A stretch of DNA of 43,235 bases from Verrucomicrobiota bacterium (GTDB lineage Bacteria > Verrucomicrobiota > Verrucomicrobiia > Chthoniobacterales > UBA10450), in NCBI GenBank assembly GCA_003219355.1, contig QHOQ01000062.1, positions 624-43,858 of the forward strand, given 5' to 3'. The position numbers were made by a program, and so were the translations under genes. The notes beneath the pieces were generated by a model. It saw only the letters and a list, made by a program, of their open reading frames with translations, did not search any database and was not told the origin of the DNA. The stretch's first letter is position 1, and each line of letters begins with the position of its first letter. This document shows positions 1 to 8,498 of the stretch, one piece after another.

Positions 1-1
1 G

Positions 2-310
2 CAGGGCCGCAGTTTTCGCAAACAGGTGGAACTTCTCGAGCAAGCCGCGGAAACGGTTCTCGCGATGGTCAAACAATTGCGCAAAGGCACCGACGCGGCG
101 ACAGCGCGCGAGATGAATGCAAAACTTCAGTCGATTGAAGGCGACGCCGACAAACTGGAACTCGATCTGTTGCGCGATCTTTACCAGGGCGATTACAAGA
201 CGAAGCAGGTGATTTTTCTGCGCGATCTGTTCGAACTGATTGAGAAAGTGATCGACCGTTGCCGGGATGCGGGAAACATCATCCTCGAGGTGGCGCTCAA
301 GTATTCGTAG
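2..310 (+). CDS. DUF47/PhoU-like phosphate transport regulator, 5' end cut by window edge
   Basis: The frame is open from base 2. The C-terminal helical repeat (IEGDADKLELDLL...VIDRCRDAGNIILEVALKYS) is typical of DUF47 proteins. It lies 12 nt upstream of a PiT transporter, its usual partner. Confidence 0.7.
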   Translation, partial: QGRSFRKQVELLEQAAETVLAMVKQLRKGTDAATAREMNAKLQSIEGDADKLELDLLRDLYQGDYKTKQVIFLRDLFELIEKVIDRCRDAGNIILEVALKYS

Positions 311-322
311 CGGGCTGATCGC

Positions 323-1357
323 GTGCTCACCTTCATTTCCGTCATTCTAGCGGCGGTCATTTTCGAATACAGCAACGGCTTCCACGACGCCGCGAATGCG
401 ATCGCCACCGTGGTTTCGACGCGAGTTCTGACGCCACGCAGGGCCATTGCGATGGCGGCGTTTTTCAATCTTACCGGCGCGCTCCTTGGCGGCGCGGTTG
501 CATCGACAATCGGCAAGGGACTAGTGGATACCAACATTGTCACAATGCCGACGGTGCTTTGCGCGCTCGTCGCCGCCTTCACCTGGAATATCGCCACCTG
601 GTGGTTCGGATTGCCCTCGAGCTCGAGCCATTCGCTGATCGGCGGACTTTGCGGCGCAGCGCTGGCTACGGCACGCGGCAATTGGTCGGTCATAAAATGG
701 AATGCCGGCGTGTGGCCAAAAGTTGTTGTGCCAATGGTCACATCGCCTGTTGCCGGGTTTGTTTTCGGCGGGCTGCTGATGTTGCTGCTTTTTATCACGC
801 TCCGTCGCTTCACGCCACACTTTGTCCAATCGCTTTTTGGTAAACTGCAAATTTTTAGCGCAGCCTGGATGGCGCACAGCCACGGCAGCAACGACGCCCA
901 GAAAACCATGGGCGTCATCACACTTGCGCTGTTTACCGGCACGAAGGCGGGCAGCTTCGATCATTTGCCTGCTTGGCTGAACTTTCTCAAGACTCCGACT
1001 TTCATCCTGCCAACCTGGGTTGTCGCACTCTGTGCGCTAACGATGGCGGTGGGAACAGCTGCAGGGGGCTGGCGCATCATTCGCACCCTCGGCCATCGCA
1101 TGGTGAAATTGCAACCTGTGCACGGATTCGCCGCCGAAACGACGGCCGCAGTCATCATTCAAGCCGCGAGCTATTACGGCATTCCGCTTTCTACCACCCA
1201 TGTAATTTCTACTTCCATCATGGGCGTCGGCGCGGTGAAACGTTTCAGCGGAATGAGATGGGTAGTTGTTGAGCGAATTATTTGGGCATGGCTTTTTACC
1301 CTGCCTGCAAGCGGACTGATCGGTTACGCGCTCGCGCGCGCGGCAGCGGCGCTTTGA
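323..1357 (+). CDS. pit: PiT family inorganic phosphate transporter
   Basis: GTG start. The N-terminal signature YSNGFHDAANAIAT and the second-half repeat HGSNDAQKTMGVI are present. The protein is polytopic and hydrophobic throughout. Confidence 0.9.
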   Translation: MLTFISVILAAVIFEYSNGFHDAANAIATVVSTRVLTPRRAIAMAAFFNLTGALLGGAVASTIGKGLVDTNIVTMPTVLCALVAAFTWNIATWWFGLPSSSSHSLIGGLCGAALATARGNWSVIKWNAGVWPKVVVPMVTSPVAGFVFGGLLMLLLFITLRRFTPHFVQSLFGKLQIFSAAWMAHSHGSNDAQKTMGVITLALFTGTKAGSFDHLPAWLNFLKTPTFILPTWVVALCALTMAVGTAAGGWRIIRTLGHRMVKLQPVHGFAAETTAAVIIQAASYYGIPLSTTHVISTSIMGVGAVKRFSGMRWVVVERIIWAWLFTLPASGLIGYALARAAAAL

Positions 1358-1377
1358 TTTTGTGCAATCTTATGGGA

Positions 1378-1704
1378 TCAAAGATCGCTCGGCGGTTCGA
1401 TCCCGAATTTCTCGAACATGTTTCTGACCCTTTGTCTCTTCGCCGGCGTGTCTAACCTCGATTCTTCGGGATATTCCGCCCAAAATAGCACGTTGCGATA
1501 ATCGCGCTTTGCCACGGTCAGGTACTCGTACACCTTCTCTTCACTTCCCGCACTGAGCTTCAAGATGGCGAGCTGGACCCGCTCGCGTTCCCGCTCGTAC
1601 GATTCCACGCCATAACTATCGAGTAAGTCGAGTACGCGCGCCCAGCCACTCTTTGGAAAAGTCGCTTCGACAGATGCAACAACCTCGTCACGTGTGTGCG
1701 TCAT
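1378..1704 (-). CDS. hypothetical small cytoplasmic protein
   Basis: Clean 108-aa ORF with protein-like composition and no competing frame. No family recognised. Confidence 0.5.
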   Translation of the reverse strand: MTHTRDEVVASVEATFPKSGWARVLDLLDSYGVESYERERERVQLAILKLSAGSEEKVYEYLTVAKRDYRNVLFWAEYPEESRLDTPAKRQRVRNMFEKFGIEPPSDL

Positions 1705-1862
1705 TTCTTGCTGCCCAAAGGGGCAAAGATGGTCTTCTACTTTTCTAATTTCGTCTTTTTACATTCGGAGCAGCTTCCATCGCCTGCAGCAATTAGTTAG
1801 ACCTACTAGTAAGCAGCGAGAATATTGGCCGGAACAATCTTTTGGGCAAGATATCCTATGAT

Positions 1863-2411
1863 TCAGGGTGCACGGAGATAGGTACGCAGCTTTTCGTACA
1901 ATGCGAGTTGGATATGACGATCTTCCTCGTTAATTTCTTGTAATTTAAGTTGATCGGGAGACATCTGGCTTAAGCTATCACGTATTGTTTCAATCCGTTG
2001 CAGCAACTCCTCGCGGCTACCCTGCAAAAGATATCCAGGGGGTACTGTGCTTTTAAAGGAGTCAGCAAAGATCACAACCGTAATGCCTGGCCGCAGCTGA
2101 TACTGCGGGCCACCCGCTAAGATTGGTGTTTTGTCATCATAGCTTGAGTATTCGACGACAGCCTCAGGAGGTTTAGTGACTGGACCGCGTGCGACAGCTG
2201 AGACACTCACAACTGCTCGTGCCTTGATGTCGAACTTCGTTCGTGTCAGCAAGTGCACTTCTTTAACAGAGCCAACGTAGACGACGGACGCCTTTCTCCT
2301 AACAGCCTCTATAAAACTACGCATGTTAGCAGCCATCACCTGGCTAGTATCAGTCCATATCAACATGCATACCAAGACGAGGGTACATGCCACAAACCTC
2401 TTTTTGTTCAT
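1863..2411 (-). CDS. hypothetical secreted protein
   Basis: N-terminal signal-peptide-like segment (MNKKRFVACTLVLVCMLIWTDTSQVMA) followed by a soluble domain. Confidence 0.55.
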   Translation of the reverse strand: MNKKRFVACTLVLVCMLIWTDTSQVMAANMRSFIEAVRRKASVVYVGSVKEVHLLTRTKFDIKARAVVSVSAVARGPVTKPPEAVVEYSSYDDKTPILAGGPQYQLRPGITVVIFADSFKSTVPPGYLLQGSREELLQRIETIRDSLSQMSPDQLKLQEINEEDRHIQLALYEKLRTYLRAP

Positions 2412-2636
2412 GCTGCCTCTATACTATTTGCTGTCGATAAGGCGGTCACACCGCGCCTATTTCTTGCTGTGCTGGTTCGGAACGCCGTGAAAAGCTGCAC
2501 GGCGCCGAGCGTTTCACGGGAAAATGGCCAGGACAAGCGCAAATTTGTTCGCTGAAAGCCTCGTTCTCCCAACACTTAGACAAAGCAGGTAGGACGATCG
2601 ACCTCATTCGCTGCGGCTGTGTTCGGTGAACTCCCC

Positions 2637-3893
2637 CTACGCTTCGATGGCGATCTTGCTTTCAAAGTACAAGAGGACAAAGGCGATTCCGAGCAATGGT
2701 CGCAGGAGGGTCTGGGCGAGACCGAGGCCAAAGCCGACGAGATTAAACGCTTGAGACTTCGGGGCAGCTTTCAGCGCCTGAATGAGGGCCTGCGGATCCT
2801 GAGAAGTGGTCAGCTCATGAAAGTAATGCTGAATCGAGTGCCACTCAGATCCGATGTTGATCGCAAACACGAACGCAAACCAGATTGAAGCGATAAAAAC
2901 GCCTCGCCACATCGGGCGTCGAAACCACGGAAGATCGCGCCCGCTACGCGCGAGTTCTTTACTTTGGCGCAACGTGTCTGCAGCGTCTGATCCCTCAAGA
3001 ATCGCAAATTGTTGCCAGAACAAAAAATTTATGAACAACCGGCTAACGATCCAAACTTGAAAAGCCAGGACGAGCAGCGCGAGAAAGAACAAAAGCACGG
3101 AAGGACCAGCCAACATGACCATCAGAATGATACCGATCGGCAGAAGGGTCCAAAAAAAGTAGGCGCCATAGACAAAGATGCAGAGCATCGCGACGCGCGC
3201 CCAAAATTTGAGCGCGTTTTGCAGGAGAGGAAATATTTTTAGCGAGTGACCGCCAGCCAGTTCGGTGGTGAGAATTTGAATTCCTGCGATAAAAACCGGC
3301 CACGCGGCAAGACTGAGTAGGAACATGCAAAAACTGAACGCTGCCGCGGTGACTGTGCCGAGATTCGCCTCTAAATTCGGGGACGCGCTTGACGCGGAAC
3401 TGGTCAATTGCGCACAGATGGAAGGGACTGCGATGAGTAGGGTAAGTCCTAAGAATTGGAAAAACCCTTTACGATAGATCCGAAATGCATCGACCAGGAT
3501 TTCGCTAAGGCTGCGGCCTGATTTTAAAGGCGCTCGCCGCGGCGAGCGCCCGGCGACGGAGGCAGCCGCTATATCGGTTGGCTCGAAAAGACCGGGAATC
3601 TTCGCCGCTGTCGTCCAAAGTTGGACATCAGTCCGGCGCGCTTCATTTGCCGGAAGGAGGCGACCCTCCATTTTCCATTCGCGGAGCGTTTCAATGTCTA
3701 CCGGACCGTACTCCTTGCCTTGCACGCGCACGATCCATTCGTCGATCATTCGGTCACTTAACCGTGAATTACGGCAAGCGAAAGTAGCGTGAGCGTCCGG
3801 CTTTCGGCCCTCCAAATACAACCGGGACGGTTGCGCTACGTTGCCTGCTTCGGCTACGATAATCGTGTGAGGCTGCTGCTCATCGACGGTCAT
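2637..3893 (-). CDS. GYF_2-domain membrane protein
   Basis: GYF_2-like motif WIVRVQGKEYGPVDIETLREWKMEGRLLPANEARRTDVQLWTTAAKIPGLF, followed by about 6 TM helices. The ATG at 3749 (MIDEWIV) is a more likely start than 3893, which would overlap the divergent exonuclease ORF. Confidence 0.65.
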   Translation of the reverse strand: MTVDEQQPHTIIVAEAGNVAQPSRLYLEGRKPDAHATFACRNSRLSDRMIDEWIVRVQGKEYGPVDIETLREWKMEGRLLPANEARRTDVQLWTTAAKIPGLFEPTDIAAASVAGRSPRRAPLKSGRSLSEILVDAFRIYRKGFFQFLGLTLLIAVPSICAQLTSSASSASPNLEANLGTVTAAAFSFCMFLLSLAAWPVFIAGIQILTTELAGGHSLKIFPLLQNALKFWARVAMLCIFVYGAYFFWTLLPIGIILMVMLAGPSVLLFFLALLVLAFQVWIVSRLFINFLFWQQFAILEGSDAADTLRQSKELARSGRDLPWFRRPMWRGVFIASIWFAFVFAINIGSEWHSIQHYFHELTTSQDPQALIQALKAAPKSQAFNLVGFGLGLAQTLLRPLLGIAFVLLYFESKIAIEA

Positions 3894-4775
3894 TACTACG
3901 TTTATCGCTCGTTTTTCGCGATCCAGAACTTGTCTAATTCCCGTGGCGAACCGACTAACGCGATCTTCGGTTTTACAAAGACCGTCCGCCGGATGTTGAA
4001 GGATCTACGGCCGGAACTGGGCGCAGTGGTTTAGGACGAAGGTTTGCCGCAAAAGCGAATGGAACTGCAGCCAGCCTACAAGGAAACGCGCAAAGAGATG
4101 CCGACGCCGATGATCCCGCAGCTCGACTTCATCCAAAAACTCACGCCTCTGCTCGGTTTTCGAAATATCGCGCTCGCCAATACGGAGGCTGACGATCTGA
4201 TGGGTTGCTACGCACTCGCTGCCTGCAAACAACGCGTGGAAGTGGTGCTCGCTACAAACGATAAGGATTTATTTCAGTTGGTCGGGCCAAGCGTGAAGGT
4301 TTACACGACCGCGAAAGCCGATCTCTCATCACCGAAAGATCAATTCGCGCTTCTCGGCGAGCCAGAAGTGACCACGAAGTGGGACGTTCCCCCGAAGCTT
4401 ATCGGCGATGTCCTCGCCCTGACCGGCGATTCGGTTGATAACATTCCCGGAATCGGCCTGGGCCGCAAAACGGCGGCGGCGCTGATTCTCGAATACGGCA
4501 GCCTTGAATCTTTGCTGGCCAATATCGACAAGGTCAAAAATCAACGCACACGCGAAAAGCTGGTCAACGCGCGCGATCAGATTTTGCAGAACCGAAAAAT
4601 GGTCGAACTCGACTGCGACATGAAGCTGCCCCTGAAAATCGAGGAACTCAGAATTAAGCCCGATTATCCCAAACTGCTCGCAGCGCTGGAGAAGTGCGAA
4701 TTCAAATCGCTTCTCCAAGAAGTCCGCGACGAGGCCATGAGTGCCGGCGTTGGAGCACAGGGCAGCCTGTTATAG
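3789..4775 (+). pseudogene. stand-alone 5'-3' exonuclease (Pol I N-terminal/FEN type) interrupted by an in-frame TAG at 4032-4034
   Basis: ORFs 3789-4034 and 4044-4775 share one frame. The N-terminal motif is LLLIDGHYYVYRSFF. The H3TH motif LTGDSVDNIPGIGLGRKTAAALI lies after the stop. The likely true start is GTG 3867. No polymerase domain follows. Confidence 0.75.
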
Positions 4776-4866
4776 CTCCCGAAGGAAATTTTACAACAGT
4801 GAGACCGATGGCCATAGAGAGCAAGGCACTTGGCGGCCAAGCGGTCCGAATTTATTACATTTAAGG

Positions 4867-4894
4867 AAAAAAATCGAACGCGGGGCAAGCCGCG
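4867..4894 (-). terminator. candidate rho-independent terminator for the minus-strand small ORF
   Basis: Stem CGCGG (4879-4883) pairs with CCGCG (4890-4894) around a 6-nt loop. Read on the minus strand it is followed by TTCGATTTTTTT (the A-run at 4867-4873). The stem is short, so support is weak. Confidence 0.3.
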
Positions 4895-4911
4895 CTGTCT
4901 ATTTAAACAGG

Positions 4912-5106
4912 TTAAGGCGATTCGGGCGGTGGCACGTGTTCTTGTATTCGTTGTTTCTCCTTAGCGTGCGCTGCCCGAATCTTTTTTCTTCCTAGCCCGC
5001 AACACAAATGGTTGTCGATCTCGGTGCGATTGCTCGCTATCCCGAAAATCGACAGTCTCTCGACCGAGTTTCCACCGAAGACACGCTCGCGCTTTGCATC
5101 TATCAT
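4912..5106 (-). CDS. hypothetical small basic protein (64 aa from the ATG; an upstream GTG lies at 5118)
   Basis: It is the only uninterrupted ORF in the 380-nt exonuclease/nadC gap. Codon composition looks protein-like and the candidate terminator lies just downstream. No family recognised. Confidence 0.3.
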   Translation of the reverse strand: MIDAKRERVFGGNSVERLSIFGIASNRTEIDNHLCCGLGRKKIRAAHAKEKQRIQEHVPPPESP

Positions 5107-5132
5107 AGCGTTCCACACGCCGATTTGAGAAC

Positions 5133-5146
5133 CTTACGTGCGTAAG
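5133..5146. promoter_or_regulatory. perfect 6-2-6 palindrome CTTACG-TG-CGTAAG upstream of nadC (candidate operator)
   Basis: Read directly from the sequence. It sits 11 nt upstream of the nadC ATG, in the divergent region. A 2-nt spacer is too short for a hairpin loop, so a protein-binding site is more likely. Confidence 0.25.
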
Positions 5147-5156
5147 CGATGCGTTT

Positions 5157-6032
5157 ATGAAACACGAGAAGCAGCCTAAGCCCGTGAAGCCGAATCGCTA
5201 CGACCCAATTGCCGCTGGACTCAAGGAAGACATTGGCGGTGGCGATATTACGACTGAATTCTTTGTGCCAGACAGTTTGCACGCAACGGGACGCATCATC
5301 GCGCGTGAAAAGGCTGTCGTCGCCGGCTCTGGAGCGACGGCCGAAGTTTTCCGGCGAGTCGACCCGTCGATAGACGCACAGATTATTCGAGGAGACGGCG
5401 CCGAAGCTGCCCCTGGCGATGTGATTATGGAAGTCAGAGGATTAGCGCGGTCGATTCTGAAGGCGGAACGTGTCGCATTGAATTTTTTGCAACGTCTGTG
5501 CGGCATCGCAACGCTGACGCGCCAATTTGTGGACGCGATCGGGAACCATCCCGCCAAAATTTTGGACACCCGGAAAACGACCCCCGGCCTGCGAGCAATG
5601 GAAAAGGCGGCAGTCGTCGCCGGCGGCGGAGGGAATCACCGGTTCGGCTTATACGACATGGTGCTCGTGAAAGATAACCATCTGACTACTTTTGAGGGAC
5701 TTTCCAGTTTTGCCGAACGAATTCGCCAGCTTCGTGAGGAGCGGCCAAAGATCCGTATCGAAGTAGAAGCAGATGATTTGAAACAAGTTCGTGCCTTCGT
5801 TGAAGTTGACGGTATCGACGTCATCCTCCTCGATAATATGACGCCGGCTCAAATTCGCGAGGCTATCGCGCTGAGAAAAGACAACGTCGAATTTGAAGCA
5901 AGCGGGGGCATCACTCTAAAAAACGTGAACCGCATAGCAGCCACTGGGGTTGATTACATCTCGGTTGGCAGTCTCACCCACGGAGCGCGCGCAATTGATA
6001 TCTGCCTAGAAATGACACATGTCCCCGGCTGA
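5157..6032 (+). CDS. nadC: nicotinate-nucleotide pyrophosphorylase (quinolinate phosphoribosyltransferase)
   Basis: Motifs LKEDIGGGDITT, ERVALNFLQRLCGIATLT, ILDTRKTTPGLR, GGGNHRFGLYDMVLVKDNH and ILLDNM. Confidence 0.9.
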   Translation: MKHEKQPKPVKPNRYDPIAAGLKEDIGGGDITTEFFVPDSLHATGRIIAREKAVVAGSGATAEVFRRVDPSIDAQIIRGDGAEAAPGDVIMEVRGLARSILKAERVALNFLQRLCGIATLTRQFVDAIGNHPAKILDTRKTTPGLRAMEKAAVVAGGGGNHRFGLYDMVLVKDNHLTTFEGLSSFAERIRQLREERPKIRIEVEADDLKQVRAFVEVDGIDVILLDNMTPAQIREAIALRKDNVEFEASGGITLKNVNRIAATGVDYISVGSLTHGARAIDICLEMTHVPG

Positions 6033-6642
6033 AGCTTTGGATGGCCTAATCGCCGATGCGTTGCAGGCAGAGCCTGGTAACGCGGTCATTGGACGCGAAG
6101 TCATTGTGCTCCAACGGACCGGCTCGACCAACGATGCGATTTTGGAAATGCCGCGAGATTCCAAAGACGGACTCGTTCTCTTTGCCGAACAGCAAACCGC
6201 CGGTCGCGGTCAGCGAGGTAATCGCTGGGAATCGCCCGCCCGGAAAGGGCTTTGTTTCTCCATCTTGTTACGTCCGAAGATCGATATCCACGAATCGATG
6301 GGGCTCACTGCGTGGGCAGCAGAAGCGGTGGCGGACACAATTCGAGAGGAATTTTCGCTGGAGCCAACCATCAAGTTGCCCAACGACATCCACATTGATC
6401 GACGCAAGGTCGCCGGTGTGCTCGTTGAGATGCGCGCGCAAGACAAAGCGCAACATCTAGCCATTATCGGGATCGGGATTAATGTGAATCAGTCCCGCGA
6501 AGATTTTCCGAAGGAGCTGCAAGACCGGGCAATTTCCCTAGCTATGGCTTTAGATCGACAAGTTGATCGTCAGACCTTCGCTGTCGCCCTCTTGCGGAAC
6601 CTGGATCGGACTTATCGCGCGCAGTTCGCGTGGGACTCTTAA
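6019..6642 (+). CDS. birA: biotin--[acetyl-CoA-carboxylase] ligase, catalytic domain only
   Basis: Motifs TGSTND, AEQQTAGRGQRGNRWESP and KLPNDI. It overlaps the nadC 3' end by 14 nt. There is no N-terminal HTH, and the protein ends where the C-terminal domain would begin. Confidence 0.8.
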   Translation: MSPAEALDGLIADALQAEPGNAVIGREVIVLQRTGSTNDAILEMPRDSKDGLVLFAEQQTAGRGQRGNRWESPARKGLCFSILLRPKIDIHESMGLTAWAAEAVADTIREEFSLEPTIKLPNDIHIDRRKVAGVLVEMRAQDKAQHLAIIGIGINVNQSREDFPKELQDRAISLAMALDRQVDRQTFAVALLRNLDRTYRAQFAWDS

Positions 6643-7787
6643 CGCTTTTGACTTTTCAATTGCTGCGCCAGCCAGTCGCGGTAAATATGCGGCGAAATTT
6701 CCGATGGCTTGATCTCGCTGCGTCCGCCCCAGAAGACGTTCGTGTATGCCACTGGGATGCCACTCGCACGAAGATGTCGATCTATCGCCACTTTGTGTTC
6801 AAGGAGCCGCTGTTTATCTGTGCCGTGCGCTACGGCCATAATGTTGACGTTCTTAAATTCGGGGCCTGCTTCGCGCCAATAGCAATGGGTCAGGATGTGA
6901 TGGCGGCCGACTTCGCCGCCCGCCTCTATCTCGCGACCAGGCGGCACTGCCCAATGAAACAGTGCATTGAAACGCGTGACACGGACTCCAGCAGCCGACG
7001 GTTTGACGTGTTCCAGAAAAGTTGAAAAGCGCCCAATGACCCTCCGCGCATTCAGCTCCTCGGCGACGCGATAAAATTCATCGAGCGAAACACCCGCTTC
7101 TGCCGCGCGGGCTGCCCAGGGCGTTGGCCGAATTTCTTCGGGAGCCAATTCGCGCTTGAGCGCGAGCAAAACCTTCCATTCGTGCTCGCTAAGATCGACA
7201 ACTTGCACCGGAATCATTTTTGCCGGCTGATCTGCTTTGCTGCCCGGCTCGATTGTTTTTCGGCGCACATGGCCAACGCCGAGAGTAAAAATTCCTTTCG
7301 CTGGCATGACCCGAAAACCTTCCGCACCAACTCTGTTCGCCAGCAATTCGCAATGGCGCTGCAGCGAAAATCCGTGCGGTACTTTCACTGTTGTCCATAA
7401 TTTATAATCCGATCCGGCGCTAGCCGTATCGGTGGAGCGCAGTACCACGTGCCCGGAAAAAGGATCGCGTTGGAACATCCACTCGAAGGCGGCGTCGATC
7501 TTATTTTCAGGAACTTTCCACGCCACGAGCGCCCCATCAGCCAGATTGGTCGCCAGCAGCGTTTGCCGGACCCGCCGGATCGTTCCCGAACACAGCATCG
7601 CTGCGATGCGTGCCATCACACTATCCACATCTACGCCGGAGCGTCGCGCAATTTCCTGGAACGGCTCGCGCACGAAACCTTCGATTTTGTCCTCCGAGAC
7701 TGCGAGAATCTTTGCGTTGATTGGATCGTCATGCTCCACCGGCAGCATGTGGATTAATCCGCCTGTCAATTCCTCTTGTCCAATCAC
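6639..7787 (-). CDS. fused two-module AhbA/AhbB (NirD/NirL)-like siroheme decarboxylase family protein (Lrp/AsnC-like)
   Basis: Two tandem modules, each with an HTH-like segment plus a ligand domain. Module 1: PFQEIARRSGVDVDSVMARIAAMLCSGTIRRVRQ...GALVAWKVPENKIDAAF...SGHVVLRS...YKLWTTVKV. Module 2: PWAARAAEAGVSLDEF...VIGRF...ALFHWAVPPGRE...LTHCYWRE. GTG start 7787; alternative ATG at 7748. Confidence 0.55.
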   Translation of the reverse strand: MIGQEELTGGLIHMLPVEHDDPINAKILAVSEDKIEGFVREPFQEIARRSGVDVDSVMARIAAMLCSGTIRRVRQTLLATNLADGALVAWKVPENKIDAAFEWMFQRDPFSGHVVLRSTDTASAGSDYKLWTTVKVPHGFSLQRHCELLANRVGAEGFRVMPAKGIFTLGVGHVRRKTIEPGSKADQPAKMIPVQVVDLSEHEWKVLLALKRELAPEEIRPTPWAARAAEAGVSLDEFYRVAEELNARRVIGRFSTFLEHVKPSAAGVRVTRFNALFHWAVPPGREIEAGGEVGRHHILTHCYWREAGPEFKNVNIMAVAHGTDKQRLLEHKVAIDRHLRASGIPVAYTNVFWGGRSEIKPSEISPHIYRDWLAQQLKSQKR

Positions 7788-7817
7788 CGGCGTCGCCGCG
7801 CGAGAAATCTGATCGAT

Positions 7818-8498
7818 TCAACCGGCTCCCGCGCTTGACGCGCAGCAGGAGAGAACCGCAAGAAAATGGCAGCTCGAACCAACCAGGACGAACAAATGCC
7901 AAATGAAATGACTGTACCGCAAACGCCCGTTCACGAAAAAGAGCACGCCAATGGTGTAGGCAATGCCGCCCGCTACAAGCCAAAACAGGGCAGGAAATGG
8001 AATCGCCAACGTCATCGGGCGAGCCGCGATAAGCGCGAGCCACCCGGTGCCGAGATAGAGAGTCATCGAAAGTTTTGGATGACGCGAGGGCCCGCGCATT
8101 GTCTTTAAGAAAACGCCGGAAATCGCGAGCGCCCAAACAAGTGCGAGCATGGTGGAACCCCAGAAGCCGCGAAGCGGACCGAGCGTGAACGGCGTGTACG
8201 TTCCAGCAATTAACAAAAAGATCGCCGAGTGGTCCAACGTCTGCAAAACCGATTTGCCGCGCGTTTGCGGCCAGGCGTGGTACAGCGTTGAACCGAGATA
8301 CAACATCGACATCGTGATCACAAAAATCACTGTACCGAGAAAAAAGCCGGGGCTACTACGACGAGCTTCGAGCAGAAGAATTGGCGCGCCGATTAACGCG
8401 GCACACAATCCAATTCCATGACTGACGCTGTTCGCCAGTTCTTCGCCAGCGGATTGCATTCGTTTCGGTGAAACTCGCAGCTCATCGCTCATATTCAC
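7818..8498 (-). CDS. hemolysin III / PAQR family membrane protein
   Basis: Seven TM segments. Motifs SHGIG, STLYHAW and LDHSAIFLLIAGTYTPF, plus a C-terminal H..W H pattern. The start overlaps the upstream stop (GTGA); an alternative ATG lies at 8492. Confidence 0.85.
   Translation of the reverse strand: MNMSDELRVSPKRMQSAGEELANSVSHGIGLCAALIGAPILLLEARRSSPGFFLGTVIFVITMSMLYLGSTLYHAWPQTRGKSVLQTLDHSAIFLLIAGTYTPFTLGPLRGFWGSTMLALVWALAISGVFLKTMRGPSRHPKLSMTLYLGTGWLALIAARPMTLAIPFPALFWLVAGGIAYTIGVLFFVNGRLRYSHFIWHLFVLVGSSCHFLAVLSCCASSAGAG

Noticed and set aside
4032-4034. The TAG in the exonuclease gene might be a recoded sense codon (alternative genetic code or pyrrolysine-type readthrough).
   Set aside because: TAG is used as the terminator of several well-supported genes in the same window (308-310, 4773-4775 and 32052-32054), and no recoding element is evident.
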